Of a stretch of 64,000 bases of DNA, positions 1 to 10,488 are shown in pieces. Every line of letters starts with the position of its first letter. The stretch's first letter is position 1. A model generated the notes under the pieces. The model saw only the letters and a list, made by a program, of their open reading frames with translations, searched no databases and was not told the origin of the DNA. Position numbers and translations under genes: made by a program. This stretch comes from an uncultured delta proteobacterium (GTDB lineage: Bacteria; Desulfobacterota; BSN033; UBA1163). The stretch lies in contig CAVPSJ010000001.1 of NCBI GenBank assembly GCA_963708295.1, positions 1 through 64,000 of the forward strand. Reading direction: 5' to 3'.

Positions 1-324
1 AACCAGGGTTTCGAAACCGTATCGGTTGCATGCAAGGTTGGTTCTGTCCCAAAAGAGGAGATTGGTGTCAAGGACAGCGAAAAGGTTTTCATCGGCGAGT
101 ACGAATCTATGTGTAATCCCATTCTCCAGGCAGCGATCGTCAATGATGCCAAGACAGATTTCAATATTTTGTTGGGACTCTGTGTGGGGCACGACTCCCT
201 CTTTTTCAAGTATGCCGAAGCCCCGACAACCGTCCTGGCAGTCAAGGATAGAGCGACTGGCCACAACCCTTTAGGCCCCATCTACTTATCGGGCAACTAC
301 TATTCGTGGCTCAATCAACCTTGA
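1..324 (+). CDS. DUF1847-family putative metal-binding protein (5' end outside window)
   Basis: Frame open from base 1: ...VSVACKVGSVPKEEIG...ESMCNPILQA...GLCVGHDSLF...VKDRATGHNP, motifs typical of DUF1847. Confidence 0.8.
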   Translation, partial: NQGFETVSVACKVGSVPKEEIGVKDSEKVFIGEYESMCNPILQAAIVNDAKTDFNILLGLCVGHDSLFFKYAEAPTTVLAVKDRATGHNPLGPIYLSGNYYSWLNQP

Positions 325-350
325 TCTGCCCCTTCCATTGCGAACTCTCC

Positions 351-473
351 CTTTCCGTTGCAAAATATCTGGTCCGGGATCATGGTGAGAGGGTCTGGGT
401 CGAACGCCGGATCGGGAAAGGGTCGACGTTCTATTTCACTCTGCCAAAACGCGGAGAAGGAATGAGTTTTTGA
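351..473 (+). pseudogene. Remnant C-terminus of a sensor histidine kinase (HATPase_c end)
   Basis: Manual translation LSVAKYLVRDHGERVWVERRIGKGSTFYFTLPKRGEGMSF*, resembling GLAIAKHIVEAHGGRIWVES..GKGSTFYFTLP; no start codon or N-terminal part. Confidence 0.7.
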
Positions 474-486
474 GAAAAGCCTTGGG

Positions 487-1155
487 TTAGTATTTCGAGG
501 CTCCTATTTCTTCCATATTTCCTGTGACGGTAAACACCACGCGCTCACAGATATTCGTAGCCCGGTCGGCAGCGCGTTCGAGGTTGTGGGCAACCCATAT
601 GAGGCGTGTGGCACTGTTGATTGTCTTGGGGTTGACCATCATGAAGGTGAGGAGTTCTCGAAAGATCTGGTCGTTAAGATCGTCCACGACACTATCTAAG
701 GTGACGACCTGCATTGCCAATTTCGCATCGCGGGTAAGGAATGACTCGAGGCTTTTCTTGATCATTTCAGTCGTTATTTCCGCCATCCGGGGAATATCAA
801 TCAGCGGTTTCAAGGGAGGTTCATCGCCGATCATAATGACGATCTTTCCAATCCCCTCGGCATAATCGCCGATTCGTTCCAGCTCGATGATGATGTTGAG
901 AGCGGCCAAAATGAGGCGCAGATCACTCGCCACAGGCTGCTGGGTGCTAATCAGTTCAACGCATTTGTCCTCAATACTGAATCGCTGTTTATTAATCTCG
1001 GCATCATCAGCGATGATTTGATGGGCCAGAGTCAGATCCCGTTTTTTCAATGCTTCAATAGCGCGGTCGATCGCTTTCACCACCATGTTTCCCATCGTCA
1101 GGACATCACTCTCGACTTCCCGCAAATGTTGATGAAAAACCGTTCTTATTTCCAT
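487..1155 (-). CDS. phoU: Phosphate signalling protein PhoU
   Basis: QQPVASDLR, ELERIGDYA, LERAADRATNICE motifs. Confidence 0.95.
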   Translation of the reverse strand: MEIRTVFHQHLREVESDVLTMGNMVVKAIDRAIEALKKRDLTLAHQIIADDAEINKQRFSIEDKCVELISTQQPVASDLRLILAALNIIIELERIGDYAEGIGKIVIMIGDEPPLKPLIDIPRMAEITTEMIKKSLESFLTRDAKLAMQVVTLDSVVDDLNDQIFRELLTFMMVNPKTINSATRLIWVAHNLERAADRATNICERVVFTVTGNMEEIGASKY

Positions 1156-1240
1156 AATGATTGCCCCCTCTTCGACTGAGAATATTCCCCTGATCAGTTT
1201 TATTAAATGAGCCCTGTCTATTGAGTCAGGGAATTCTTGT

Positions 1241-2236
1241 TCAGTTCAAGCCGCAGATTCTACACAGGGAATAGATGACTCCAGCCAATATAGCAGATAC
1301 CGGAATGGTTAGAATCCAGGCCCAGAAAATCTGAAACGTCACACCCCAGCGCACTGCAGAAAGCCGAGTGGCGGAACCCACGCCCGATATCGCGCCCGTG
1401 ATCACGTGAGTCGTACTGACCGGGATACCCCAATGGGTGGCCAAGAAAATGCTAAAAGCGGCGGAGGTCTCAGCACAAACCCCATCGACGGGCGTTAACT
1501 TTGTGATTTTCTGCCCCATGGTCTTAACAATCCGCCAGCCGCCACTCAAGGTACCCAAACCGATAGCGGCATGAGCGCTCAGAACAACCCAGAGGGGAAC
1601 TATAAATTCATGGATGAAGCCCCCTGCAAAAAGAAGGCTGGTGATGATCCCCATCGTTTTTTGGGCGTCATTGCCCCCGTGGCCTAAACTATAAAGAGCA
1701 GCCGAAAAAACCTGAAAAACCCTGGACCACTTATGAACGAGCACCGGACTCTGTTTATACAAAACCCAGGTTGAAATGATCTTTAACATAAAACCTAACA
1801 CTAAACCAATCACAGGCGCCAAGACGATAAAAAGCAATGTCTTATACCAACCGCTCAAAATAATTACTCCAAACCCGCTCTTTGCTATGGCTGCACCGGA
1901 ATATCCGCCGATAAGAGCATGCGACGAACTGCTCGGCAGTCCAAAATACCAGGTAATAAAATTCCAAATAATAGCACCGCCAAGCCCTGCAAGAATCACC
2001 GTAGCCGTGACAGCCTTAATATCGACCATCCCCTTGCCAATGGTTACAGCAACGGTAGTACTAAATATCAGAAAAGCCAGAAAATTAAAAAAAGCTGCCC
2101 AGACGACAGCTTGCCTCGGCGAAAGGACCCTGGTAGAAACGATGGTGGAAATGGAATTCGCAGCGTCATGCATTCCGTTGGTAAAATCAAAAACCAAGGC
2201 CACAAGTATGATGAAGATTAAGAATAATAAATTCAT
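1241..2236 (-). CDS. pit: Inorganic phosphate transporter, PiT family
   Basis: NGMHDAANSI, GLPSSSSHALIGG, HGGNDAQKTMG, PVSTTH signatures; hydrophobic. Confidence 0.95.
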   Translation of the reverse strand: MNLLFLIFIILVALVFDFTNGMHDAANSISTIVSTRVLSPRQAVVWAAFFNFLAFLIFSTTVAVTIGKGMVDIKAVTATVILAGLGGAIIWNFITWYFGLPSSSSHALIGGYSGAAIAKSGFGVIILSGWYKTLLFIVLAPVIGLVLGFMLKIISTWVLYKQSPVLVHKWSRVFQVFSAALYSLGHGGNDAQKTMGIITSLLFAGGFIHEFIVPLWVVLSAHAAIGLGTLSGGWRIVKTMGQKITKLTPVDGVCAETSAAFSIFLATHWGIPVSTTHVITGAISGVGSATRLSAVRWGVTFQIFWAWILTIPVSAILAGVIYSLCRICGLN

Positions 2237-2351
2237 ATGACCGGATTCACTCCATTGACATATTCCCTTGTGGAGCCAGCAGCCGTATGATGGCCAAAAA
2301 AATCATGATTCGTTCGTCCTGTTTACTCGGTGTTTAGGAAAGTTCAGGAAA

Positions 2352-2981
2352 TTAAGAATACTTGATAGCCACCCCTTCCAATATATTCGCGATATCCTCA
2401 CACCTGTCGATGACACTCTCCATATGATTGTAAATTTCTCGCCACTTAATAAGATCAGCAATATCGACGGAACGATCAAATAGCTCAGCCATCGCCGAAC
2501 GATAGACTCTATCTCCGATGTTCTCCAACCGATTGATTTCTACGCATCGTTTAAGGAGCTGTTTTCGTGCTATCCGGTCGTGCATTTCAGAAACCGCTTT
2601 TTCAACTTCAACCACTGCTTGTAGGACAATATCGACAAGTTCCTTAGCCCTGTTCGTGGGGCGCGCTACTTTGTAGAGGAACATGGCATCTGCCGCCGCA
2701 TGAATGAAGTCAGTGACATCGTCTATAGAATGAGCCAACAGAGCGATGTCCTCTCGGTCGAATGGAGTAATAAAAAAACTGTGTAGTTGCCCGAATATTT
2801 GATGAGTAATCGCATCTCCCTGGTGTTCCAAGTCGGTGATTACTCCAACCCTTTCCTTTAAATGTTCCCAGATGTGCACCATATCTCTTAGCTGCTGTGC
2901 TATCTTGACGGCATTCTGGGTCCCCTGTTCAAAAAGAACCATAAATTTCTTATCTTTAGGCGTAAGCGATAACTTGAACAA
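2352..2981 (-). CDS. DUF47 Pit accessory protein
   Basis: LEHQGD, FITPFDREDI, DRCEDIAN motifs; directly upstream of pit. Confidence 0.9.
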   Translation of the reverse strand: MFKLSLTPKDKKFMVLFEQGTQNAVKIAQQLRDMVHIWEHLKERVGVITDLEHQGDAITHQIFGQLHSFFITPFDREDIALLAHSIDDVTDFIHAAADAMFLYKVARPTNRAKELVDIVLQAVVEVEKAVSEMHDRIARKQLLKRCVEINRLENIGDRVYRSAMAELFDRSVDIADLIKWREIYNHMESVIDRCEDIANILEGVAIKYS

Positions 2982-3657
2982 AGAAAGCCTCCTTTACTTC
3001 CAAACCTATGAAAAAATGATGTGATAGAGCCTCGTCAGATGGAATAGAAGCCTTACGTGACATCTTATAAATGAGGGAGACTATGAAATTCAAGTCGAAA
3101 TACAGGAGATGAGGTGAATGTAGAGCTATTATGAAATATATCCATCAAGGTTTCCGATTCAAAAGGAATTGTCCTTATTTGTCCCAATGTTTGTATCTTC
3201 GGGCGTGAATGGAAATATACCTATTTCAGAAAACTTCGTCAACCCTAAATTTGAGGGAAGAACATTGATTTCTTCCAAGCTCTGTCGGCCAGAAGAGAGA
3301 TCAGCAGAGCAATCCTTTCATGCCGGCTGAGGAAAGGTTTAGTTTTTCATTGATTCGATCGAGATTCCCTTTTATCATTCGAGATAGTGGGAATAAATGG
3401 ACCTGATGACCGGCAAATTCTGACGGCCTTTGAGGGACGTTACCTTATTCGAGATCTCCACCATGGGGAAATTGAACTCCATTGGCAGGGAGCGCACCTA
3501 TGGGGTATAGTTAGTTTAAACGATCCTGACCTCCGAGCAGGGTACCTCAAGCTTTTTCAAGGAGGCTTGAAAAAGAAAGTTTCAAGTAACTAAAGTGACC
3601 TAGAGTGCCTAGAGTTTGAATGGGCTATGCGGATAGGGGGGAGAAGGGGCAGGGAGC

Positions 3658-4863
3658 ATGGGGAAAAAGGTGATAGGCAGAAGAGACTTCATGAAATCCA
3701 CGCTGGCCGGGTTTGGAGGGCTATTCTTCCTTCCTTCGATTGACAAAAAACAAGAGATGAAGGTGGCCGAGGCCAAAGGAAAAGAGAGGAAGTTTGTTTA
3801 TCGTACCCTCGGAAAGACAGGGATAAAGCTCCCTGCAATCAATATGGGGGTGATGCTTACAGACAATCCCAACCTTATCCGGGAGGCTCTGGATTCGGGC
3901 GTTTTACTCCTGGATACGGCCCATGCCTATATGGCAGGCCGGAATGAAGAAGTGATCGGAGGGGTTATCAAGGGGCGTCCGCGAGAGTCCTATTACATCG
4001 GGAGCAAGGTGAATCTCCCTCAGGACCGAACAACGGGTCTCTATCTGGAGGGCGCAACGACCGAGGAGTTTCTCAAGAAATTGGATCTCAGCTTGAAGCG
4101 TCTGGGCGTCGATTATGTAGATGTCCTCTATCAACACGGCGTCACCAAGAAAGAATCGGTCGCATTTGAGCCGGTTTTAAAAGCCTTCGATAAGGCAAAG
4201 AGAGACGGGAAGATCCGATTTTCCGGGATTTCCACTCATGGAAACGAACCGGAGGTCATTCATGCTGCCACCGATTCGAAAGCCTATGATGTCATTTTAA
4301 CGGCCTATAACTTCAAACAAAAACATTATGAAGAAGTGAGAAAAGCCATTGCCAAAGCCTCTCAGGCGGGTATCGGAATTATAGGAATGAAAGCGATCCG
4401 GGGAGGCTATCAACAGCCGCCGACAGTAAGGAATATCACTGCCTCCCTGAAATGGATTCTTCAGGATCCGAATGTTCACACGGTCGTTCCTGGGTTCACC
4501 ACCTTTGAACAAATGGAAATCGACCTCTCCGTGATGAAAGATCTTACCCTCACCGAACCTGAAAAGTTAGAGTTAGAGAAGGAAGCCTCCATCGGCGGAT
4601 TGTACTGCCAGGGGTGCAGGCAATGTTTGGGACAATGCCCGGAGCATCTCCCCATTCCTGATTTGATGCGGGCTTATATGTATACTTACGATTACCGAAA
4701 TCTTCCACTTGCTCAAGACCTTGTCTTGACACTGAATGTCCCGGCCAGGGTTTGCGGGGATTGCGGCCAGTGCTCGGTTAAATGCTCGATCGGATTTGAT
4801 ATCTCATCAAAGATTCGCGACGTTGTGCGACTAAGGGAGGTTCCGACGGAGTTTTTCGGATGA
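3658..4863 (+). CDS. Aldo/keto reductase with Tat-type signal and C-terminal 4Fe-4S domain
   Basis: GRRDFMK twin-arginine motif; YRTLGKTG, LDTAHAY, SLKRLGVDYVD; CQGCRQCLGQCP and CGDCGQC..C. Confidence 0.9.
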   Translation: MGKKVIGRRDFMKSTLAGFGGLFFLPSIDKKQEMKVAEAKGKERKFVYRTLGKTGIKLPAINMGVMLTDNPNLIREALDSGVLLLDTAHAYMAGRNEEVIGGVIKGRPRESYYIGSKVNLPQDRTTGLYLEGATTEEFLKKLDLSLKRLGVDYVDVLYQHGVTKKESVAFEPVLKAFDKAKRDGKIRFSGISTHGNEPEVIHAATDSKAYDVILTAYNFKQKHYEEVRKAIAKASQAGIGIIGMKAIRGGYQQPPTVRNITASLKWILQDPNVHTVVPGFTTFEQMEIDLSVMKDLTLTEPEKLELEKEASIGGLYCQGCRQCLGQCPEHLPIPDLMRAYMYTYDYRNLPLAQDLVLTLNVPARVCGDCGQCSVKCSIGFDISSKIRDVVRLREVPTEFFG

Positions 4864-4915
4864 AGGAAAACAGCCTTAGTTGATTGGATGGCATGAGCGC
4901 AAAGTTTTTTTAAAT

Positions 4916-5019
4916 TGTTATTGCGAGCGATCCCGCCTTAGCGGAGGAGCATGGCAATCCCAATTCGCAATTTTGAGATTGCTTCGTCGTCCCGCCAAAG
5001 CGGGACTCCTCGCAAAGAC
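4916..5019. repeat. REP-like palindrome (TGTCATTGCGAG...GCAATC...GATTGC...CTCGCAATGAC family) with nested TCCCGCCnnnGCGGGA hairpins
   Basis: TGTTATTGCGAG...GGCAATCCC...GAGATTGC...CTCGCAAAGAC; related copies at ~39269-39345 and ~46873-47020. Confidence 0.8.
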
Positions 5020-5058
5020 ACGTTATGGAATACATCTCCATTATAGACAGGGTAGATC

Positions 5059-5985
5059 ATGAAAGATAATCGAGCGACAATCACACGCCGTAAGTTTCTT
5101 AAAACTGCTGCCGCCGGAATAGCCTTGGGTCTCACGGGCGGGCCTTCTTTTTCAGGGGCAAAAGAAGATTATGATCTCGCGGTGATCTCCGGTGAACCTG
5201 TGGCGGCTACAAAAAAAGCTCTGGAAGTCATAGGAGGAGTTTCCCGATTTCTTAAGAAAGGACAGCGAGTTGTCCTAAAGCCTAACATGTCCTTTGCAAG
5301 GACGCCTGATTTCAGCGCTACGACTCACCCCTTGGTCGTTGCCACAGCGGCTCAGGCCTGCATCGAAGCAGGGGCGAAGGAGGTCCTAGTCCTGGATCAT
5401 ACACTGCAAAGGGCAGAACTCTGCCTTGAGAGAACCGGGATTCGAGAGGCCTGCAAGAACATCCCCGGTGTTCATGTCCTTGCCCTTCAAGAAAGAAAGT
5501 TTTTCGGTGAGGTCAAGATTTCCCGGGGAAAAGTGTTAGAGCGTGCAGAGGTCTTCAGAGAGATCTTGGACGGCTACGTGCTGATCAACATTCCCGTCGC
5601 TAAGTCTCACTCCGCCACCGGTGTCAGCTTGGGGTTGAAGGGGCTCATGGGTATGATCTGGGATCGAGAAAGCTTCCACTCCCAATATAATATCAATCAG
5701 GCCATAGCAGATTTGGCTACGGTCATCAAGCCGCAGCTGACCATCCTTGATGCTACCCGGGCTTTGGCCTCGGGTGGACCGGGTGGACCCGGAGAGGTGA
5801 AGAAACCGAATTTGGTCATCGCAGGGATCGATCCGATTGCCGTGGATTCTTACGGGGTGAGCATTGTTCCATGGTATGGGCAGAACTTCAAGGGCAGACA
5901 AGTCGAGCATATTCTCGCTGCCCATCAACGGGGGCTCGGAAAGATTGATATCGATCAGCTTAAAATCTTCAAGGAGAAAGCATGA
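5059..5985 (+). CDS. DUF362-domain protein with Tat-type signal
   Basis: TRRKFLK; VVLKPN, TTHP, INIPVAKSH, LGLKGLMG, DPIAVD motifs. Confidence 0.9.
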   Translation: MKDNRATITRRKFLKTAAAGIALGLTGGPSFSGAKEDYDLAVISGEPVAATKKALEVIGGVSRFLKKGQRVVLKPNMSFARTPDFSATTHPLVVATAAQACIEAGAKEVLVLDHTLQRAELCLERTGIREACKNIPGVHVLALQERKFFGEVKISRGKVLERAEVFREILDGYVLINIPVAKSHSATGVSLGLKGLMGMIWDRESFHSQYNINQAIADLATVIKPQLTILDATRALASGGPGGPGEVKKPNLVIAGIDPIAVDSYGVSIVPWYGQNFKGRQVEHILAAHQRGLGKIDIDQLKIFKEKA

Positions 5986-7619
5986 GGACCTTCATCCAGG
6001 CCATCTCCCTTCTCCTTTTTTCTGTCCTCTTTATCTTCGCCACCTATAAACTGCCGAACTGGCTTCCTGCGGATATCTATTTGCGCTTTGATCCTCTCCT
6101 GGGAATAAATGCTGTTATTGCGGCCAGGGAGATCATCGGCAGGGCACTGTGGGCTCTTGCGACCATCGGGGCGACCCTTGTTGTCGGTCGGTTCTTCTGT
6201 GCCTATGTTTGCCCGATGGGCGCCTCGATTGACTTTCTGGATCTTTCTCTTCTTCCGAAAGAAAAAACGCCCGGGCCTGAAGGCTGAAGTCAGCCTTCGA
6301 AGAACGAAATATTTTTTGCTGGTTATTTTCATCGTTGCTGCACTGACCGGCCTCTCCTTAGCCTTTCTGATGGACCCGATGTCACTTCTCACTCGCTTTT
6401 ACACTTTCTTTATCTATCCGCTGGCCATCACTCTGATCAATCTCATCTTAGATTTGCTTCGTCCGTTGGGTCAAGCCCTCGGATGGGTCAACCTATCTCA
6501 CCTCCACTATTTCCAGTCGGTCTATTATATGACTGCTGATCACGCTACTGATCTTCGGAGGAATCATCGCTCTTAATCGTCTGGTCCCGCGCTTCTGGTG
6601 CCGCTATCTCTGCCCGTTGGGAGCATTTCTCAGCTTGATCTCACCTCTTGGACTTTTTAAGCGCCGGGTCAGCGAGGATTGCAACGAATGTCTGAAATGC
6701 CAGAAGGCCTGTCCGATGGGGGCTGTCACCGAGGATCCGAGGGGAACCCGTCTTCCTGAATGTATTCAGTGCCGGACATGCGCAAAAGTCTGTCCCCAGG
6801 ATGCGATCACTTTTTCTGCTTCTCTTTCGATAGGCGGAGAATACTCGAAGGTCGATTTTTCCCGTAGAGGATTCGTCTATTCTCTGGCCGGAGGGCCTGG
6901 GAATTGGGTTTCTGGCCATGCAGACTCCATTCGCCCTCAAGCAGGGTAAACACCCACTCATACGGCCCCCCGGAGCAATTCCCGAGACTGAATTTTTGCG
7001 CACGTGCATTCGCTGCGGGGAATGCATGAAGTCTTGTTTGACCAATACGCTTCAACCCTGTCTCTGGGAATCTGGATTCTCAGGCCTGTGGACGCCAAAG
7101 ATGGAACCTCGTTTGGCCCCCTGCGATCAGAACTGCAATGTCTGCGGCAAGGTCTGCCCGACCCAGGCGATACGGTCCATTTCATTGGAGGAGAAGACCC
7201 ACGCCAAGGTGGGGACGGCCGTTTTACGGAAAGAGATGTGCCTGGTCTGGGCCGAGAACAAGATCTGTCTCATCTGTGATGAGATCTGCCCGTATAACGC
7301 CATTGTCTTTCGTCCAGTGGAAGGATATCGACGTCCCGTGGTCATTGCCTCCAAGTGCAACGGCTGTGGATTTTGCGAACAGAGATGCCCTGTCAAAGGA
7401 GAATCGGCCATCGTCGTCGCGCCAAACGGAGAGATTCGCCTGAAAGAAGGGTCCTATATGAAGGAAGCAAAGAGACTCGAGTTAGATTTTAAACCCGATC
7501 CCGGCGACGATAAATTCATTCTGGAAGAGTCCGGATTCAAGGTCGAAGATAGCAAGAAAGGGGAGGGGAGCTTTACACCCCAAAAAAACCAACCCCAAAA
7601 ACCCAAAGGATTTCTGTAA
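5982..7619 (+). CDS. Membrane polyferredoxin (NapH/MauN-like plus NapG/MauM-like 4Fe-4S domains), split by about 3 frameshifts
   Basis: Overlapping ORFs 5982-6287, 6109-6576, 6617-6949 and 6918-7619 carry GRFFCAYVCPMG, RFWCRYLCPLG, several CxxCxxCxxxCP and IRPPGA; indels probably sequencing errors. Confidence 0.85.
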
Positions 7620-7709
7620 AATACTGCGCTTCATCCTGAGCGAAGCCCCGGCTTTTGAGCCGTGGGTCGAGGGCGAACAAGGAAGAGAGAAAAACCCAGG
7701 GAGCCACCC

Positions 7710-8525
7710 ATGCCGTTTGAGACAGTCAATCATCTCCAGGTTTATTATGAGGTTCATGGTGAAGGTGAAGTCGTTATGCTCATGCACCATGGTTTTGGCT
7801 GCACCAAGATTTGGAAGAACATCTATCCGGCCTTTGTGGCTGAAGGTTACAGGATAGTCATGTTTGACCGCCGGGGCTTTGGGCGATCAGAACAGGGGGA
7901 TGATTTCCAGGATTTTTATGAAAGCGATCGTTATCGGCCGGAAAGCGTGGAAGAGTTACGGATCATAAAGGAAAAATTGGGCATCAAAGAATGCCATTTG
8001 GTTGGGCAGTGCGAAGGCGGTGTCGTGGGTGTTGACTATTCCATCAAATATCCCGAGGAGGTTAAAACCCTGGCTGCTGCCAGCACTCAATGTTATAGCG
8101 AGGTTCCCATGACTGAACTCAACAGGGACCGGTTTGTAAACAAATTTGCTGATCTGGACCCGGGGCTGCAGGCCAAGATGATGGATTGGCACGGTGCGGC
8201 GGCAGAGAGTCATTACAATCAATTTGCCAAGTATGGCGGCGCTTACGGATCGGACTATTTTGATCTGCGGCCTATCCTGCCGTCGGTGGGCTGCCCCACC
8301 CTGGTGCTCTATCCCGACCGCAGCTCCATCTTTGACGTGGAACAATCAACTGCTTTTTACCGCCACCTTCCACGAGGCGAGTTGGCTGTCTTCCCCAAAT
8401 GCGGCCACAACACCTATGAGCAACGACCGCAGGATTATATCCGCACCGTCCTGGACTTTCTCAGGAGAGCCACAAAGGGAGAACAGGACCCAATGGCCCG
8501 CCCGTCCATGACCTGTTTGGCCTGA
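7710..8525 (+). CDS. Alpha/beta-fold hydrolase
   Basis: HHGFG, FDRRGFGRS, GQCEGG (Cys at the nucleophile position), GHN; start moved to ATG 7710. Confidence 0.85.
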   Translation: MPFETVNHLQVYYEVHGEGEVVMLMHHGFGCTKIWKNIYPAFVAEGYRIVMFDRRGFGRSEQGDDFQDFYESDRYRPESVEELRIIKEKLGIKECHLVGQCEGGVVGVDYSIKYPEEVKTLAAASTQCYSEVPMTELNRDRFVNKFADLDPGLQAKMMDWHGAAAESHYNQFAKYGGAYGSDYFDLRPILPSVGCPTLVLYPDRSSIFDVEQSTAFYRHLPRGELAVFPKCGHNTYEQRPQDYIRTVLDFLRRATKGEQDPMARPSMTCLA

Positions 8526-8566
8526 TCATTCCCAAATGAGATCGTCTTTTAAGCGAGAAGGAATCG

Positions 8567-9703
8567 ATGAAAGCGATGAAGACGCCGGAAATCATTATTT
8601 CGGGGAAACCGAACGGGGAGGGGATGGTTGTCCGTTACCAAACCATGAGAGGGACGGATATCTTTGGCTTGGGCATACCGAATATCTATTTAAACGCGGG
8701 CTGGGATTTGGGACCTACTTGGTGCTATTTAATTGTTAGCCGAAAAACGAGCCTGATCGATACGGGTCGATTCGGGAACTATGCTGTTTTGGAATCTATG
8801 CTAAAGTCAATTGGCAGGGTTTTTTCAGATATTGACCGGGTGATACTGACGCATGGCCATGAGGACCATGATGGAAATATTGCTGAGATATTCCCTTCCA
8901 TACAGGGTGAGTTATGGGCTCATTCCATCTACCGGCAGATGATTTCTTACCATTCCGACACCACAGATGGCGCCAGGCATCCGGAGCTGCCTGGTTCTTG
9001 CCGTCAATGCATCATGCCAGAGAAAATCTACAGCCATTGTTTACAATATCATCGAAGAAGAAGTCTGCTCGATATCGATTTTGCTATTGATCGTGACCTC
9101 AGGCCGGCGGGTGACAGCCTCAGTTTTATCTTTACTCCGGGGCATTCGCCGGATGCCATGTGTGTTGGTCTGGAGGATGAAGTCATCTTTACCGGAGATA
9201 CATTGCTCCCTGACATTACTCCTCACCCGACTTTATCAAGCACCTTTGAAGTTAATCGACGAATCTTACCAGAGAGCTATCACGATGAGAACACGGTCTA
9301 TGGCTTGATGAATTATATTAAGTCTCTACACAAGTTGGGGGGTCTTGCTCCTCAACCGATGGCAATATTTCCTGGCCACCGTTTGTTTTATAACGACCAT
9401 TTCAACCTGATGGATAGTCTGCGCGGCAGAGCCAGCGAGATTACCCAGTTTCATATCGACCGTTGCGGCAATATCCTGAGGATTATAGACAGTAGGCCAA
9501 AAGGGTTGGACGAAATAGCATCCGAACATTTTTCGGCTTCATCTTTGGCAGGCGTTGGGAAACTCATGGCACGGGATGAAGTCATGGCTCATGTGGAGGT
9601 TATGGAGAAGTGTGGTGACGTCTGTTGGGTCGGTGAAAAGCGAGATAGGGTGCAATGGTGGGGGTCAAACAACTTCCTTGAGGTCATCGGAGCATATCTG
9701 TAG
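8567..9703 (+). CDS. MBL-fold metallo-hydrolase
   Basis: LIDTG, THGHEDHDG, TPGHS, FTGD, PGH motifs. Confidence 0.9.
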   Translation: MKAMKTPEIIISGKPNGEGMVVRYQTMRGTDIFGLGIPNIYLNAGWDLGPTWCYLIVSRKTSLIDTGRFGNYAVLESMLKSIGRVFSDIDRVILTHGHEDHDGNIAEIFPSIQGELWAHSIYRQMISYHSDTTDGARHPELPGSCRQCIMPEKIYSHCLQYHRRRSLLDIDFAIDRDLRPAGDSLSFIFTPGHSPDAMCVGLEDEVIFTGDTLLPDITPHPTLSSTFEVNRRILPESYHDENTVYGLMNYIKSLHKLGGLAPQPMAIFPGHRLFYNDHFNLMDSLRGRASEITQFHIDRCGNILRIIDSRPKGLDEIASEHFSASSLAGVGKLMARDEVMAHVEVMEKCGDVCWVGEKRDRVQWWGSNNFLEVIGAYL

Positions 9704-9905
9704 TAATGACAGCTGAGTGAAATGCCTCATCTGTCTGAGGAAAATTCCAGATAACCCAAAACGTTTTCCAGCCTCTTGATATGGAAAATATTAAATTCAT
9801 ATTTGAAAACAGGCAGTTTCAGTGTTCAAAGTTTTGTACGAGTGGTAGGTTTTGGAGGTACGAATATTGCACTGTTCTCGGTGTTGAGGCAGAAAGAAGT
9901 AAGTT

Positions 9906-10358
9906 ATGACGTTGAAAAGCTTGAAACCTGCTGTAACGAAACCTTGGCTCGTTGCCATAGCAGGATTAATGTGGACCGGGGTAGGGGTGATGCTCTGTCG
10001 TCTTGCCTACCACTGGTTCGTCGTCACCAACACAGGCGTAGCGGCAATCCTTGGATCGCTCGGTGCTGTCATGGCATTAGCGGCATACCATTTCGGCTTT
10101 TCTAAAATGGCTCAGAGGAACATCAAGCGGCTTTCCCTTTTGACAGATAGGACCTGTGTTTTTGCCTTTCAAACATGGAAGGGATATTTGATTATTGGTT
10201 TCATGATTATCTTGGGCGCCATTCTCCGTGGCTCACAGATCCCGAAACCCTATCTGGCCATCCTCTACACAACGATTGGCGGCGCCATCTTTCTGTCGAG
10301 CTTCCACTACTACGGACTTCTCTGGAGACTGGTGGTTCAAAAAGACTCCCGTCGATAA
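9906..10358 (+). CDS. Hypothetical membrane protein (about 4 TM)
   Basis: Four hydrophobic segments; 150-aa ORF with ATG. Confidence 0.7.
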   Translation: MTLKSLKPAVTKPWLVAIAGLMWTGVGVMLCRLAYHWFVVTNTGVAAILGSLGAVMALAAYHFGFSKMAQRNIKRLSLLTDRTCVFAFQTWKGYLIIGFMIILGAILRGSQIPKPYLAILYTTIGGAIFLSSFHYYGLLWRLVVQKDSRR

Positions 10359-10488
10359 TCAATCAAGAATCTCATACCGACTGCGAACCCTTTGACCTAC
10401 CGGAACAAAAGCCAAACATTACTTTCGATGCGATCACCGGGCCGATATAGTCCTATGTGCTCCTCCTTATCAAGGTAACCTTTCAAAA

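Noticed and set aside
3060-3145. Possible Pho boxes upstream of DUF47-pit-phoU
   Set aside because: Several TCAT/ACAT half-sites, but no clean 11-bp periodicity
3387-3593. 68-aa ORF upstream of the aldo/keto reductase
   Set aside because: No clear RBS or recognisable motif; cannot tell a small gene from a remnant
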